Source: Candidatus Bathyarchaeota archaeon (GTDB taxonomy: Archaea; Thermoproteota; Bathyarchaeia; Bathyarchaeales; Bathycorpusculaceae). Taken from it: a stretch of 64,000 nt of DNA. The DNA lies in contig CAWDYC010000005.1 of NCBI GenBank assembly GCA_963806535.1, forward strand, positions 256,001 through 320,000, written 5' to 3'. This document shows positions 21,556-31,899 of this stretch, piece by piece (position 1 is the stretch's first letter; each line of letters opens with the position of its first letter). Position numbers and translations under genes: made by a program. The notes beneath the pieces were generated by a model. The model was given only the letters and a program-made list of their open reading frames with translations. It ran no database searches and was not told where the DNA came from.

Positions 21556-22741
21556 ATGAGCGCGTCAAATGAACTAGAAAAAGCAGCGACAGCTTATGCC
21601 CTAGATGCTGTACGCTTAGATAAACAAGGGCAAAAAGGCAGAGCCATAACCCTCTATCAAAAAGCAATTGAAAGCTTACTGCAACTTGTGCAGCTTTACC
21701 CTGAATACGGCTTGAACAAAGTTTACGTTCAAAGAGCCATCGCTTACCAAGAAAGAATCAAAGCTTTGCAAGGAGCAGTTTCTTCTACATGAAATGAATG
21801 AAGCTGCCAATAACGATAATGAAGGTGGTGGAGGAGCAACTATGGATGGTAACGGCGGAAACGGAAATGGAAAAAACGAAGAACTCGTAGTTACGGAAAA
21901 ACCTAATATTAGCTGGGGTGAAGTTGTCGGTTTAGATACCGCTAAAAAAGCAGTGAAAGAAGCCATTGTTTACCCAGTGCAAAGACCAGACTTGTTCCCA
22001 CTGGGTTGGCCACGAGGCATACTGCTGTTTGGTCCACCTGGTTGCGGCAAAACTTTGTTGGCGGCGGCGGTTGCAACAGAAATCGACGCTAACTTCTACT
22101 CTATCGATGCAGCATCAATCATGTCTAAGTGGCTAGGTGAAGCTGAGCAGAATGTTTCAAAATTATTTGGCACAGCTCGCAAATCAGCAATCGAAGGCAA
22201 ACCAGCCATCGTATTCGTTGACGAATTAGACTCGTTGATGGGAGCACACAATAACGAAGTCGGCGGAGAAATACGTGTCCGAAACCAATTCCTAAAAGAA
22301 ATGGATGGCATAGTTGACAAAGGCAAAAACCTTCACGTTTACGTTATCGGTGCAACAAACAAACCCTGGGACCTTGACTGGGCATTCATTAGACGTTTCC
22401 AAAAAAGAATTCTTGTTCCATTGGCAGATCACGCCACCAGACTAAGCATGCTTAAACTCTACTCAAGCACTCTAGCCATAGATACAGATGTAGATCTGCA
22501 TGAGTTAGCTCGGCTTGCTGAAGGCTTCTCAGGAAGCGACATACGGGACGTTTGCCAATCAGCACAGCTTAAACTTATCGGAGAATTCTTTGAATCAGGC
22601 AAAGCAATGGACAAAGAAGCAAAACCACGACTTTTGACTATGGCTGACTTCAGACAAATCCTTGAAGAACGTAAACCAAGCGTCTCCTTAGATATGCTGT
22701 CAGCATACAGTAGGTGGTTCGAGGCTTTCAAAGCCTTATAA
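21556..22741 (+). CDS. cdvC: Vps4-like AAA ATPase CdvC with N-terminal MIT domain (frameshift near 21790)
   Basis: MIT AVRLDKQG..YQKAIE..YQERI; GPPGCGKT, FVDELD, MSKWLGE, RRFQKR. Confidence 0.93.
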
Positions 22742-22771
22742 TCATGGAGGGCAAAAAACAAAACCAGAAAC

Positions 22772-22888
22772 GATGGGTTGGGTGGAAAGGTTTGGAGAAC
22801 AATTAATTTTTAGCACGCTCTCCCTTCTCCCCCTCAAACTATCTCCAAACCCCACAACCCAAAACCAACCCATCTTTTCCCTTTTTTA
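22772..22888 (+). terminator. Long nested stem-loop followed by U-rich tract after cdvC
   Basis: gatgggttgg 22772-81 pairs with ccaacccatc 22865-74; ggtttggaga 22789-98 pairs with tctccaaacc 22842-51; then ttttcccttttt. Confidence 0.6.
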
Positions 22889-23527
22889 GTGGAACAAAAC
22901 GCATAATACTCTGTTTATTTTTACTCAAAAAGTTTAATCATTTGATATGATCATTGAGCTTATATTATAGCCCAAAAGCCGCCAAAGGTAGAAAACAGCT
23001 TTTTTTATGAAAACAGATCTCGGTGAACGATTTTAAACGTTATTTTGCCTCATGTGAGAAATGTAACTTCTTTTTTCTAAATACCTTTTGATAAGGTGTC
23101 TTTAGAATATTAAAGGCTTCGAGAATATTCGGAAACATCGATAGAAGAAAATCCTATAAATTCCTTCATTTTCAATTATAAACTTGAAAATTTCATTGCT
23201 ACCTCTTCATCACTGTTCCCTAAAACGTAGAACTGTGATAGCGAGTTGGCTTCTACCTTCTAATAACCCTTGTTTTTTTATTTCCTAAATTTCCTTAAAC
23301 AGCGAAGTCTAAAAAAATAATCAAAAAACCCTTTATCACTGGATTCGGGTACAAGTTAAAAACGGGAAACAAACCCCTTAAAAGGAAAACGTTGGTTGGG
23401 TCAACATTTGGCAGGACACTGAGGCTACTTAGCCCAACAAAATAGATCTTGCGTGTCTGAACCAAAACGTGCTTTGATCCGCCAAATTTAATTCCCTTTT
23501 TTTGTTCTTGCTTTTTTTCCGAATCGT

Positions 23528-24007
23528 TTATGGAGTGCTTTTCATTTCTTCTCTGAAGGTTTCTTCAAGCATTTTCTTGTTTATTCCTATTTCTTCTGCC
23601 AAGCGTTTAACTTGTTTTACGTAGGTTCGGAATAGGCTTTGGAGGATTTCGGCTTTTTCTTGTTCCGATAGCTCTTTTTCTTCAGCCATCAAAAGTGCAA
23701 ACCATTTGCCTAGGTTTGTTAGCTGGTAGGTTTTTACCCAGATGATTCTTCCTTCTTTCTCATCTTTTTCCATGCTTTCGTTTAGTACGCCGAGTTTGGT
23801 TAGGGTTTTTAGGTTTTCGATGATTGTCTTGTTTGAGTAGTTTAGTTGTTTCACAAGTTCTTTTTGGTAGATGTTTTTTGATATGCCTTGTTTGAGTGAG
23901 AATCTTAAGAGGTCTACGCCTGCTTTTGAACCGAAGATGGCGCTGAGAATCTTATCTTTTTTCTCGGTAGGAAGAAATACTACATAAGGATGTAACTTTT
24001 CAATCAT
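23528..24007 (-). CDS. Winged-helix transcriptional regulator
   Basis: YQKELVKQLNYSNKTIIENLKTLTKLGVL HTH plus wing YQLTNLGK. Confidence 0.8.
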   Translation of the reverse strand: MIEKLHPYVVFLPTEKKDKILSAIFGSKAGVDLLRFSLKQGISKNIYQKELVKQLNYSNKTIIENLKTLTKLGVLNESMEKDEKEGRIIWVKTYQLTNLGKWFALLMAEEKELSEQEKAEILQSLFRTYVKQVKRLAEEIGINKKMLEETFREEMKSTP

Positions 24008-24259
24008 GATATTCCTTTTCTTAGAAGATAAGAATAACTTTTTACATTTAAGAATTATTCTTTTCTTCAACTGTGAATTGTTGAGAAAAACGATTTTGCT
24101 AGTTAAGATGGATGCTTATTTAGCGGTTGCTCCAATACCATAGCTTTTTTCTATTAAAATGGTTGGAATTTGGATTTTCAATTGAGGCTTGATTTTGAAA
24201 AACTGTTTTATACTACGAAGATGCTTTGTAAGAAATTATACGGATGAGGGCGAGGATTC

Positions 24260-25223
24260 ATGAGAAAAAGAGTATTATATCTTTTAATTGCAGTAATTGT
24301 TGTTTCTTTAACATTTTCTTCAGTTCCACGCAATACTTTGGCCAGCCTGAAGACATCAAAGTAACAAATTATTCTTATTATGTTGGCCCTTCCGGTATTC
24401 TTGAGGTTACAGGTGAGATTCAAAACGTCGGTGTAAACACTATTGACTCCGTAATCTTGCGGGGTTCCATAATTGATGAAAATGGAGCTTGACATAAGTG
24501 ATTCTGGCACTCAGGCTTGGGTTGCCTATATTGTTCCACAACAGAAAGCACCCTTTATCATGGAGTTTGCTCCGCCACAAGATGATAACGTTTGGGAACC
24601 GGGAGACGTTGCAAATATTCAATTAAGTGTGACTCAAGCGAATGCAACAAGCAAGTATCAATATCCAGATCTAAAAATCACAAGTAGCACACCATCAATC
24701 GGAACCAGTGGCGATTATAACGGCGCTTACGGCGTTAGTGGCGAAATTAAAAATACAGGGAGCCAAACAGCGACAAACCTCACGGTAGTTGCAGAATTTT
24801 TCAACTCTACAGGTTCAGTGGTTGGGGTAGGATACACAACTTACCTAACTCCTACTGACCTAGCTCCATCTGGAACAACTTCTTTCCAAGTTTATGCACT
24901 TGATTTAAACCAGTCGAAGTACCTTCATACCTGAAAATCGCAAGCTATTCACTTCTTGTTCAGACCCAACTGCCAATTCTTCAAGGATCAGCACCTATGG
25001 TTACTCCTTATCAAGGTAATGGCTCACCAGTTGCAAGCAATGACTCGACAACAGGTAATTCATCGTCTCCCAAATCTTTGAATCTGATGCTTATCGTGGC
25101 AGTAACAGTGTGTTGTTGTTTTGGCATTCGTTGTAGCTATTGTAGTTCTTAAAGAGACGTAAGCCTCAGGAATCAAAAATAGTTGTTGTTCCGAGAAAAA
25201 CAGGTTCAAGACGCGAAAGGTAA
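24260..25223 (+). CDS. Secreted/membrane-anchored protein with two FxLYD-like Ig domains (several frameshifts)
   Basis: Signal peptide MRKRVLYLLIAVIVV; VTGEIQNVG and VSGEIKNTG..VVAEFFN..LAPSGTTSF repeats; C-terminal TM then KRRK. Confidence 0.7.
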
Positions 25224-25303
25224 ACGTTTCACCGCTCCACTCACAAGCTGTAGTCAAATGATATGTGCATTGTTTAAATATTTCTTTAGAGCACTGGTTG
25301 TTT

Positions 25304-26161
25304 ATGAGCTTTAGACCTCAAACTGGTTCACGAAGAAGTGCCGCTAGGCAATTCTCAAAGTCAGCACATGACAAGAAAGCGAAGGAAAAAAAGCAGCGTT
25401 CTGGCGGTAAATACGTTGAAGAGCAGGCTGAGATTTCAGCAAAAGAAGTTGTAGAAAAAACCCTCGGTACCCTAAGTAGGCTTGGTAATCAAATTTTTGC
25501 GCTTTCACCATTTAGTCAATACTTTGATGATTGGCTTGTTTCTCTAAAACAGGTTATTTCAGAATTCGAATCCAATCCAGCTATACAAGTTGATGAGCAA
25601 TTTATGAAGGAGCGTTCACAGATTTTTCTAGATGTCGAAGGCGCTCTTGCAGAAAAAAGACTCCAAGAAAACAACCTCTCAGATGAAGCAAAAGAGTTAG
25701 CTGATACTAACCACCTCATAGTGGAAACCGATAAGGAATATGCTGAAAAAACAAGAGAACGTAGCTTCAAACGAAACGCTGACGTTCAACGTTTAAGCAC
25801 TAAAATCCGCGAATTAGAAGAAAACTTTGCCACTCAGCAAGAAATTAAAATCAGCTTTTACAAGCTAAACGCACGTCGAAAAGCTGCACAACAACTTGCC
25901 CAAACACAACAAGAGCTAAAATCTACAAAAAACGAATTGCAGGTAACGCTTGAGAACTTCACTGCTGAACAGGAAAAAATGCATGATAACTACGAAAAAA
26001 GAAAACAAGAGCTAACCGAAAAATCCGATAGCTTACATAAAGAACTTGAAAAACTTGAAACCGACACATCTACAGAGCCAAGACAAGAAGCAACAAATGC
26101 TTTGGCAAACGCCATAAATGCTCTTATCCAAAGAACTCCTACGTCGCCTAAGCAAGCCTAA
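25304..26161 (+). CDS. Coiled-coil hypothetical protein
   Basis: Basic N-terminus, LGNQIFALSPFSQYFDDW block, long E/K/Q heptad region. Confidence 0.7.
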   Translation: MSFRPQTGSRRSAARQFSKSAHDKKAKEKKQRSGGKYVEEQAEISAKEVVEKTLGTLSRLGNQIFALSPFSQYFDDWLVSLKQVISEFESNPAIQVDEQFMKERSQIFLDVEGALAEKRLQENNLSDEAKELADTNHLIVETDKEYAEKTRERSFKRNADVQRLSTKIRELEENFATQQEIKISFYKLNARRKAAQQLAQTQQELKSTKNELQVTLENFTAEQEKMHDNYEKRKQELTEKSDSLHKELEKLETDTSTEPRQEATNALANAINALIQRTPTSPKQA

Positions 26162-26192
26162 CAAAGACATTTGTAGCAGTAGCTAATGGTCG

Positions 26193-26405
26193 CTAACTAA
26201 TTTTAAGTTGGTTTGCGTTTGGCTGTTCTGACCCCATTAAAACTTTAAGAGATTTAACTTCTTCTCGTAGGGCAATAATCTCATTTTCTAATGCAGTAGC
26301 CTTTGCATCAGCCATTTTTTTAAGTCCTTCAATTTCAAGAATAAGATTTTTCTTTTCTGCTTCTAAATTTTTTATTTTTTCGATTGTCTTTTGAAGGCTA
26401 CTCAT
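26193..26405 (-). CDS. Small coiled-coil protein
   Basis: 70 aa continuous heptad repeat. Confidence 0.7.
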   Translation of the reverse strand: MSSLQKTIEKIKNLEAEKKNLILEIEGLKKMADAKATALENEIIALREEVKSLKVLMGSEQPNANQLKIS

Positions 26406-26617
26406 TTTCTCTATGCCCCTTTGCAGGTATTATTCTTCTTTTTACACTTAAGACTTTTGCAACACATTTGTCAAAATTTTACTTTTTGATTGCTGCTTAC
26501 TCGTTAGTTGTTCAAGACAGCGCTGATGTGTACATCGGCTATTTACGATGCAGTTTTATATTGGAATCTGCAACTTAACCTTGTTATATAGCGTCCATAT
26601 TGTTGGATTGTGTCTCG

Positions 26618-27968
26618 ATGAGAAAGACTATATTTAAGAAGTTAGAAGCTCAGGGGCTAATTGCAAATTACAATCGTTTAAGAAAGAATTTGCCGCCTAA
26701 ACTTCCTGACCACGTATTTATTTGGGATGAAACTTTCAGGGAAGGCATCAAGGCGCCGACAGTTTACTTAACTTACGTTGAGCAGGTTAGGCTGGCAAAG
26801 TTCATGGATGAAGCTGGCGTCGCCATAATTAACGTTGGTTTTCCAGCTATTTCTGAAGACGAAAAACGCAACGTCAAACGTATCATTAATGAAAGTTTCA
26901 GTCAATGCAAAACTCACAGCATCAGCTGAAGCAACCAAAAACAGCGTAAACGCCTGTTTAGAATGCGGCGTCAAAGAAATAACAATTGAATCACCCATAA
27001 ACGGTTTAAATCTTCAATACAAACTAAAAATAACAAAAGAACAAGCGTTACAAAAAATAGTTGAAAACATCGACTACGCAAAAAAACATGGAGCAACTGT
27101 CAATTTCGTTCTTATGGACGGCACAAGAACTCCGCTGGAAGACATACTTGAAGTTTTTGAAGCCGCAGCCAAAGCTGGAGCGATCCGACTGGCAATAGCT
27201 GACTCCGTTGGGTTCATGAGACCACTATCAATGCGTTACTTAATGTCACATATTCGTGATGGCTTACCAGATGCTATAAGAAAGAAAGTGCCGCTTTCAA
27301 TCCATTGTCATAATGATTTCGGCTTGGGATCAGCAAACACATTAGCCGCCATGGAAGAAGGTGTTCAATACCTGCATACATGCATTGCTGGCTTTGGTGA
27401 ACGCGCAGGAATAGCTCCCTTCGAAGAGGTTGTAACAGCAGCAGAATTGCTCTATAATATCGATACTGGAATAGATTTGGGAAAAATCTACCGTCTTGCT
27501 CAATCAGCTGAAAAAGCTTTTGCTCTGCCAATTCAATTCCATAAACCTATCATCGGCGAAAACATTTTCACTCATGAAGTTGAAGAAGACGTTGAGGAAA
27601 TGATGGCTCAACCCTTGGTTTTTGAGCCCTTCCCACCTGAAATCGTAGGCAGGGAAACAATGATTTTCATAGGCAGAAACACAGGTCAGACGCTTATTCA
27701 GAAGCTTCTGGAGAAAGCTGGAATCAGGGCTTCACCAAGACAAATGGATGAACTTTTCAGGCGCATTAAAGGTCCACAAGAAAGCTTAGACAAAGGCGAG
27801 GCTCAAATGACCTACTACCAAGTTAAAAAACTCATGAAAGACCTGCTGAAAGGTTACACTATGGAGGAGTTCTGGCGCTTAGTTGAGCAAGTAACAAGAC
27901 AAAAACCTAAACTGCCCACACCCAGCAAAAAACAGCCTCTTCAAACAGCTGATAAATTGATAATTTAA
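26618..27968 (+). CDS. Isopropylmalate/homocitrate synthase-family (DRE-TIM) protein (frameshift near 26900)
   Basis: WDETFREG, ADSVG, HCHNDFG, GFGERAG motifs. Confidence 0.82.
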
Positions 27969-28993
27969 CAGCAGTTAAATTGCTGTTTTATTTTCTCTAA
28001 TTCTTCTTTGTTTGGTTTTTTTGGGTAATTGTAGATGGGTCCACTTGGTTTTTCATTGTAAAAGGGGCGGTTGCAGTCTTTGCAGCCAGAAGTGAGAAAA
28101 GGCTCTGCAGATTCAATTATCGGTTTTAACTCTTGATTTGTTAATCCAAACCCAGTTATTTTGCCCTCATTCATCAAATTGCATAGCCATCAAATGTTGC
28201 CAAACCTTTAACAATTAAGTACCTCGCAAGCTGCACTCGCCGATACGATTCCAAGCTCGGCGGAGAACTGTTTTCCAAAGCTGTGCCGCGGATTGGAGTA
28301 AAAGCAAAAAGAGCTGGCAAAACGCTCATGTCAACACATTTTTGAATAATCTGCACTGCTTCTTTCTCTGTTTCACCTAACCCCACAATAATATGCGTGC
28401 TTACGTTTCCTTTTCCAAAAACTCTAAGGCTTCACTTAACATGCTGAACTGGTTTTCCCAACTGTAGGAGCCGCCTGCATCTTTGCCCTTAACTTTTTTG
28501 AATAAGGCTTCGGTTGCTGCATCCAACGCTATTCCTAACCTATCAACGCCTGCTTTTGCCAAAAGCTGAATGTTTTCTTTTGTTAAATGGCTGGCAAGAA
28601 ACCGAAACTGGAACGGTAGCTTGCTTTTTTATTTCCTTTACGAGCGCTTCAAGATGAGACAAAAACTTGTGGGTAATTTAGGGCTTGGATGCAGACCCGC
28701 TTAATTTTCCAATTCTCTGCACATGTCGCCAATTGCTTTTACCACATTGATGGTTGGAAAAGTTGGCCATGAAACTCTCGACAGCAATTCCGTGCTGCTT
28801 TTGCTTTCTCTGGCTTGAGGGCAGAAACCGCAGTTAGCCGTGCACTTGCCCTCTTTGTAAGTCATAAGGTATGCTGTTGTAGGCTCAGCATCTAACTTGC
28901 CGTTTAGTCAGTCCAAGAACTATAGCGGTACCTAATGAAACTCGAATCTGCTCTGGTAAATCCGTTTTATTTTAAGACTTTGTTTTCTGGCAA
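27965..28993 (-). CDS. Radical SAM protein, biotin synthase-related (multiple frameshifts)
   Basis: EQIRVSLGTA start, CTANCGFC motif near 28820-28845, HIIVGLGETE, FAFTPIRGT, SGCKDCNRPFYNE. Confidence 0.8.
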
Positions 28994-29040
28994 GCTCAGC
29001 ACCGAAATTAATGGAATAATAAGAAAATTGACTGAGTATA

Positions 29041-29604
29041 TTAGTTTAATTTGGAATCCCGTTTTCTTGCCAAGCTTATGATGCGACTTCCAAGCGAGAC
29101 TAAGAAAAATCCTACAAAAGCATATTGTACAAAACTGTAGGTTGCTTGAATGGGAAAAACAAGCGTTAAAACTATGCCTATGTACAACGCGCTTCCAATG
29201 TACTTGCCTATAGGATCATAGATTTTTTTGGCAAATGAGCTTGTCACCATAAATTGAACAAATGAAGCGGCTATGAGAAGCGGAAGCCAAATCGGGTAAA
29301 ATCCGTATGCTGTAAAAAGTGCAAATATGCCGATTACAAGGATAAAGTCTGTTGTTGCATCATAGTATGCGCCAAACCTCGATGTTGCCCCCAATTTCCT
29401 AGCTGAGTAGCCGTCAAAAAAGTCTGTGCAAGCTGAAAAAGCAAGCAGGATTAAGCATGGGACTATATTTGTTGGGTTGTAGAGGTAAACGAAAAGCGGT
29501 AGAACTGCGATTCTTAATGAACTTATGATAGTGGGAATCAGAATTATTTTCTTGCAAATGTTTGCACTGAAATTTTGTTTGTTGTGATTATTGCAGATTT
29601 GAGA
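29041..29604 (-). CDS. CDP-alcohol phosphatidyltransferase family protein (start codon not identified)
   Basis: Frame open upstream of the tracked ORF: IPTIISSLRI...DFFDGYSARKLGATSRFGAYYDATTD matches DxxDGxxAR...GxxxDxxxD. Confidence 0.85.
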   Translation of the reverse strand, partial: SQICNNHNKQNFSANICKKIILIPTIISSLRIAVLPLFVYLYNPTNIVPCLILLAFSACTDFFDGYSARKLGATSRFGAYYDATTDFILVIGIFALFTAYGFYPIWLPLLIAASFVQFMVTSSFAKKIYDPIGKYIGSALYIGIVLTLVFPIQATYSFVQYAFVGFFLVSLGSRIISLARKRDSKLN

Positions 29605-29648
29605 TTAAATGGCTACCTATTAATTCCGAACTTTTCAGAAGTAAAGTT

Positions 29649-31027
29649 TTAGCGCATTGCTTCAAATGTAAAGTCAGTTAACCGCTCAAAAGGTTTGCCC
29701 AACAACCCATAACCCATTTTCCCAAGATATCGTCTGCCATAAAACTGCGCATGCGCTTTACCAATTGCAAACTTCAACTTTCCTTCACTAAACCCTGAAG
29801 CATAAAGCAACTTATGCCTAATCAAACGGTAGTTCTTCGGTTCCTCCCAATCCTCTAAAGCAACTCCTTTGTCCTTAACCCGTTCATAAAGAGGCGTTCC
29901 AGGAATCGGGTAAGGCAAAGTAAACGATAAATAATCAAGGGGCAAACCCGAAGCAAAACGCACAGTATCCAAAACTGTTTTGTCACTTTCACCTGGGTAA
30001 CCGACAATAAAGAAAGCTCCTGTTTTTAATCCAGCCGCTTTAGCTGCGTAAACTGCGCTTTTAGCCTGTGTCGTGGTGATATGTTTGTTCATCAGGTGTA
30101 AAACTGAGTCGTTGCCTGATTCAATTCCGAAGAAAACTCTCAAGACAACCCGCACGTTTCATTCCTTCTGCAACTTCTTTATCCATCGTATCCACGCGTG
30201 AAAGGCATTCCCAGCTAATATCGACTTTGCGGCGGACAAGTTCGTTGCATACATTCAGTACGTGTTTGCGGTTTAATGTGAAAGCAATCATCGGCAAACC
30301 AAACTCGATCATAACCCAAATCCGCAATCTGTTCCACTTCGTCGACGATGTTGTTGACGGAGCGGCTTCTAATTTCAGTGCCGAAAATTGGTCTGCTGCA
30401 AAAATCGCATGAAAATGGACAGCCCCTCGAAGTAATCATGGAGGAAGTGGAATAGCCAAACCGATCATGATAATATTTTTTGTATGCTTCATTATCAAAT
30501 AATTCTCGTGACGGAAAAGCTAAGCTATCCAAATCCTCGATAAACCCTCTTGGGTCAGTGTGAACTATGCGTTCTCCATCTCTGAAGACAATACCTTTTA
30601 CACTTGCAAACCCAACGCCCTGTGAAACGCAGTCAGCAATTTCAACCATGGTTTCTTCGCCCTCGCCTACAGCAACCACATCAAAAACGCCTAGAAAGCT
30701 TTCAGGCGACCAAGACGGCAAAGGACCACCAACCACAAACAAACCAGAATTCACCCCGCACTCTTTCTTAATGGCGGCTGCAAGCTCTAACGTTGTTTTC
30801 TTCATCGAAAACATTGAGTAAAAACCAACAATTTGCGGTTTAGCTCGTTTTACCCGTTCAACAGCTTCGCAAAAGCTTGTAAAAGTGCAATCAACTAAAT
30901 CTACTTCGGCTCCATGTTTTTTGAGAGCAGCGGCAATGTAGCCTAAGCCTAAGGGTGGAAAACGAAAAATTGAATTATCATTAGCAGGATGAAAATATGG
31001 GTAAACCAAGGCTACTTTAATTGCCAT
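29649..31027 (-). CDS. Cobalamin-binding radical SAM protein (two frameshifts)
   Basis: PPLGLGYIAA B12-binding domain, GEGE, SRGCPFSCDFC, FADD, GIESG, GYPGE. Confidence 0.88.
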
Positions 31028-31248
31028 TTCAGTTTTAAACCACCAAAATGAATATACAAAATTTTAAGTCAACAGGTCTTATGAAAATAGTCGTTTTATC
31101 CTTTAAAAACATTACAGTTAGAAAGCGCGAAATCGATTTTGCAATCTAAAGTGCAGGTGTTTGCGTTGGCAAAACTTATTATTGCACTTGAATTTTTACA
31201 TTCGGTTGAAAGCAAAATGCTTATGTCCTAAGTTCCCAGGCTGGTTGG

Positions 31249-31899
31249 ATGGCGAAATTAATAGATTTAGGATTCTTAAAGGGAGCAATTGCAGAAACCG
31301 TAGTTTCCACTTACGACGCTCATGGAAAACCGAATGCTGCTCCAATGGGTGTAGTCATGGAGGATGAACAACACATCTCCCTTAACCTTTTCAATTCATC
31401 AACAACCTTCAAAAACATTAAAGAAAACAGGTGTGCGGTTCTAAGTTTAACTAGCAACATTGAGGTTTTCTATAGAACTGCTTTCAAAGAAGCAAATCCC
31501 GATGGTGAATTGCCAAAAGAATGGTTTAAAAAGGCAAGCGTCGTAAACGCGCCAAGACTATGTTTGGCTGATGCATCCATTGAGGTTTCGATCAAGGAAC
31601 TTTTTCCCACTGATACAGGAAAAACCATAGCAGTCTTCAGAGTAAACTTGATCCAGGCGAAGCGAAAACTCCCTCAAGTTTATAACCGAGCTATGTCTCA
31701 GACGCTTGAAGCCATCATACATGCAACTCGTGTAAAGGCATTGATAAACGACGTAAATGAACAGAAGTGTGTTAACAAACTTTTAGAGATGATTTCCGAC
31801 TGCAGTGATGTAGTAAAGAGGGTAGCTCCAAACTCTTCTTACTCACTTATTATGGCTGATATGCTGAAAAGAATGGACTTGTGGCAGGAGAAAAAATGA
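31249..31899 (+). CDS. DUF447 family protein (methanopterin-associated)
   Basis: ETVVST..NAAPMGV..STTFKN..YNRA..LEAIIHATR. Confidence 0.82.
   Translation: MAKLIDLGFLKGAIAETVVSTYDAHGKPNAAPMGVVMEDEQHISLNLFNSSTTFKNIKENRCAVLSLTSNIEVFYRTAFKEANPDGELPKEWFKKASVVNAPRLCLADASIEVSIKELFPTDTGKTIAVFRVNLIQAKRKLPQVYNRAMSQTLEAIIHATRVKALINDVNEQKCVNKLLEMISDCSDVVKRVAPNSSYSLIMADMLKRMDLWQEKK

Noticed and set aside
21556-21796. Stand-alone MIT protein separate from the Vps4 ATPase
   Set aside because: Removing one base near 21790 gives a normal CdvC; given the indel rate an artefact is more likely, though reads should be checked
23385-23500. Possible ncRNA with gttggg/cccaac stem and two CTGA
   Set aside because: No C box, weak stem, no convincing ORF; not supportable
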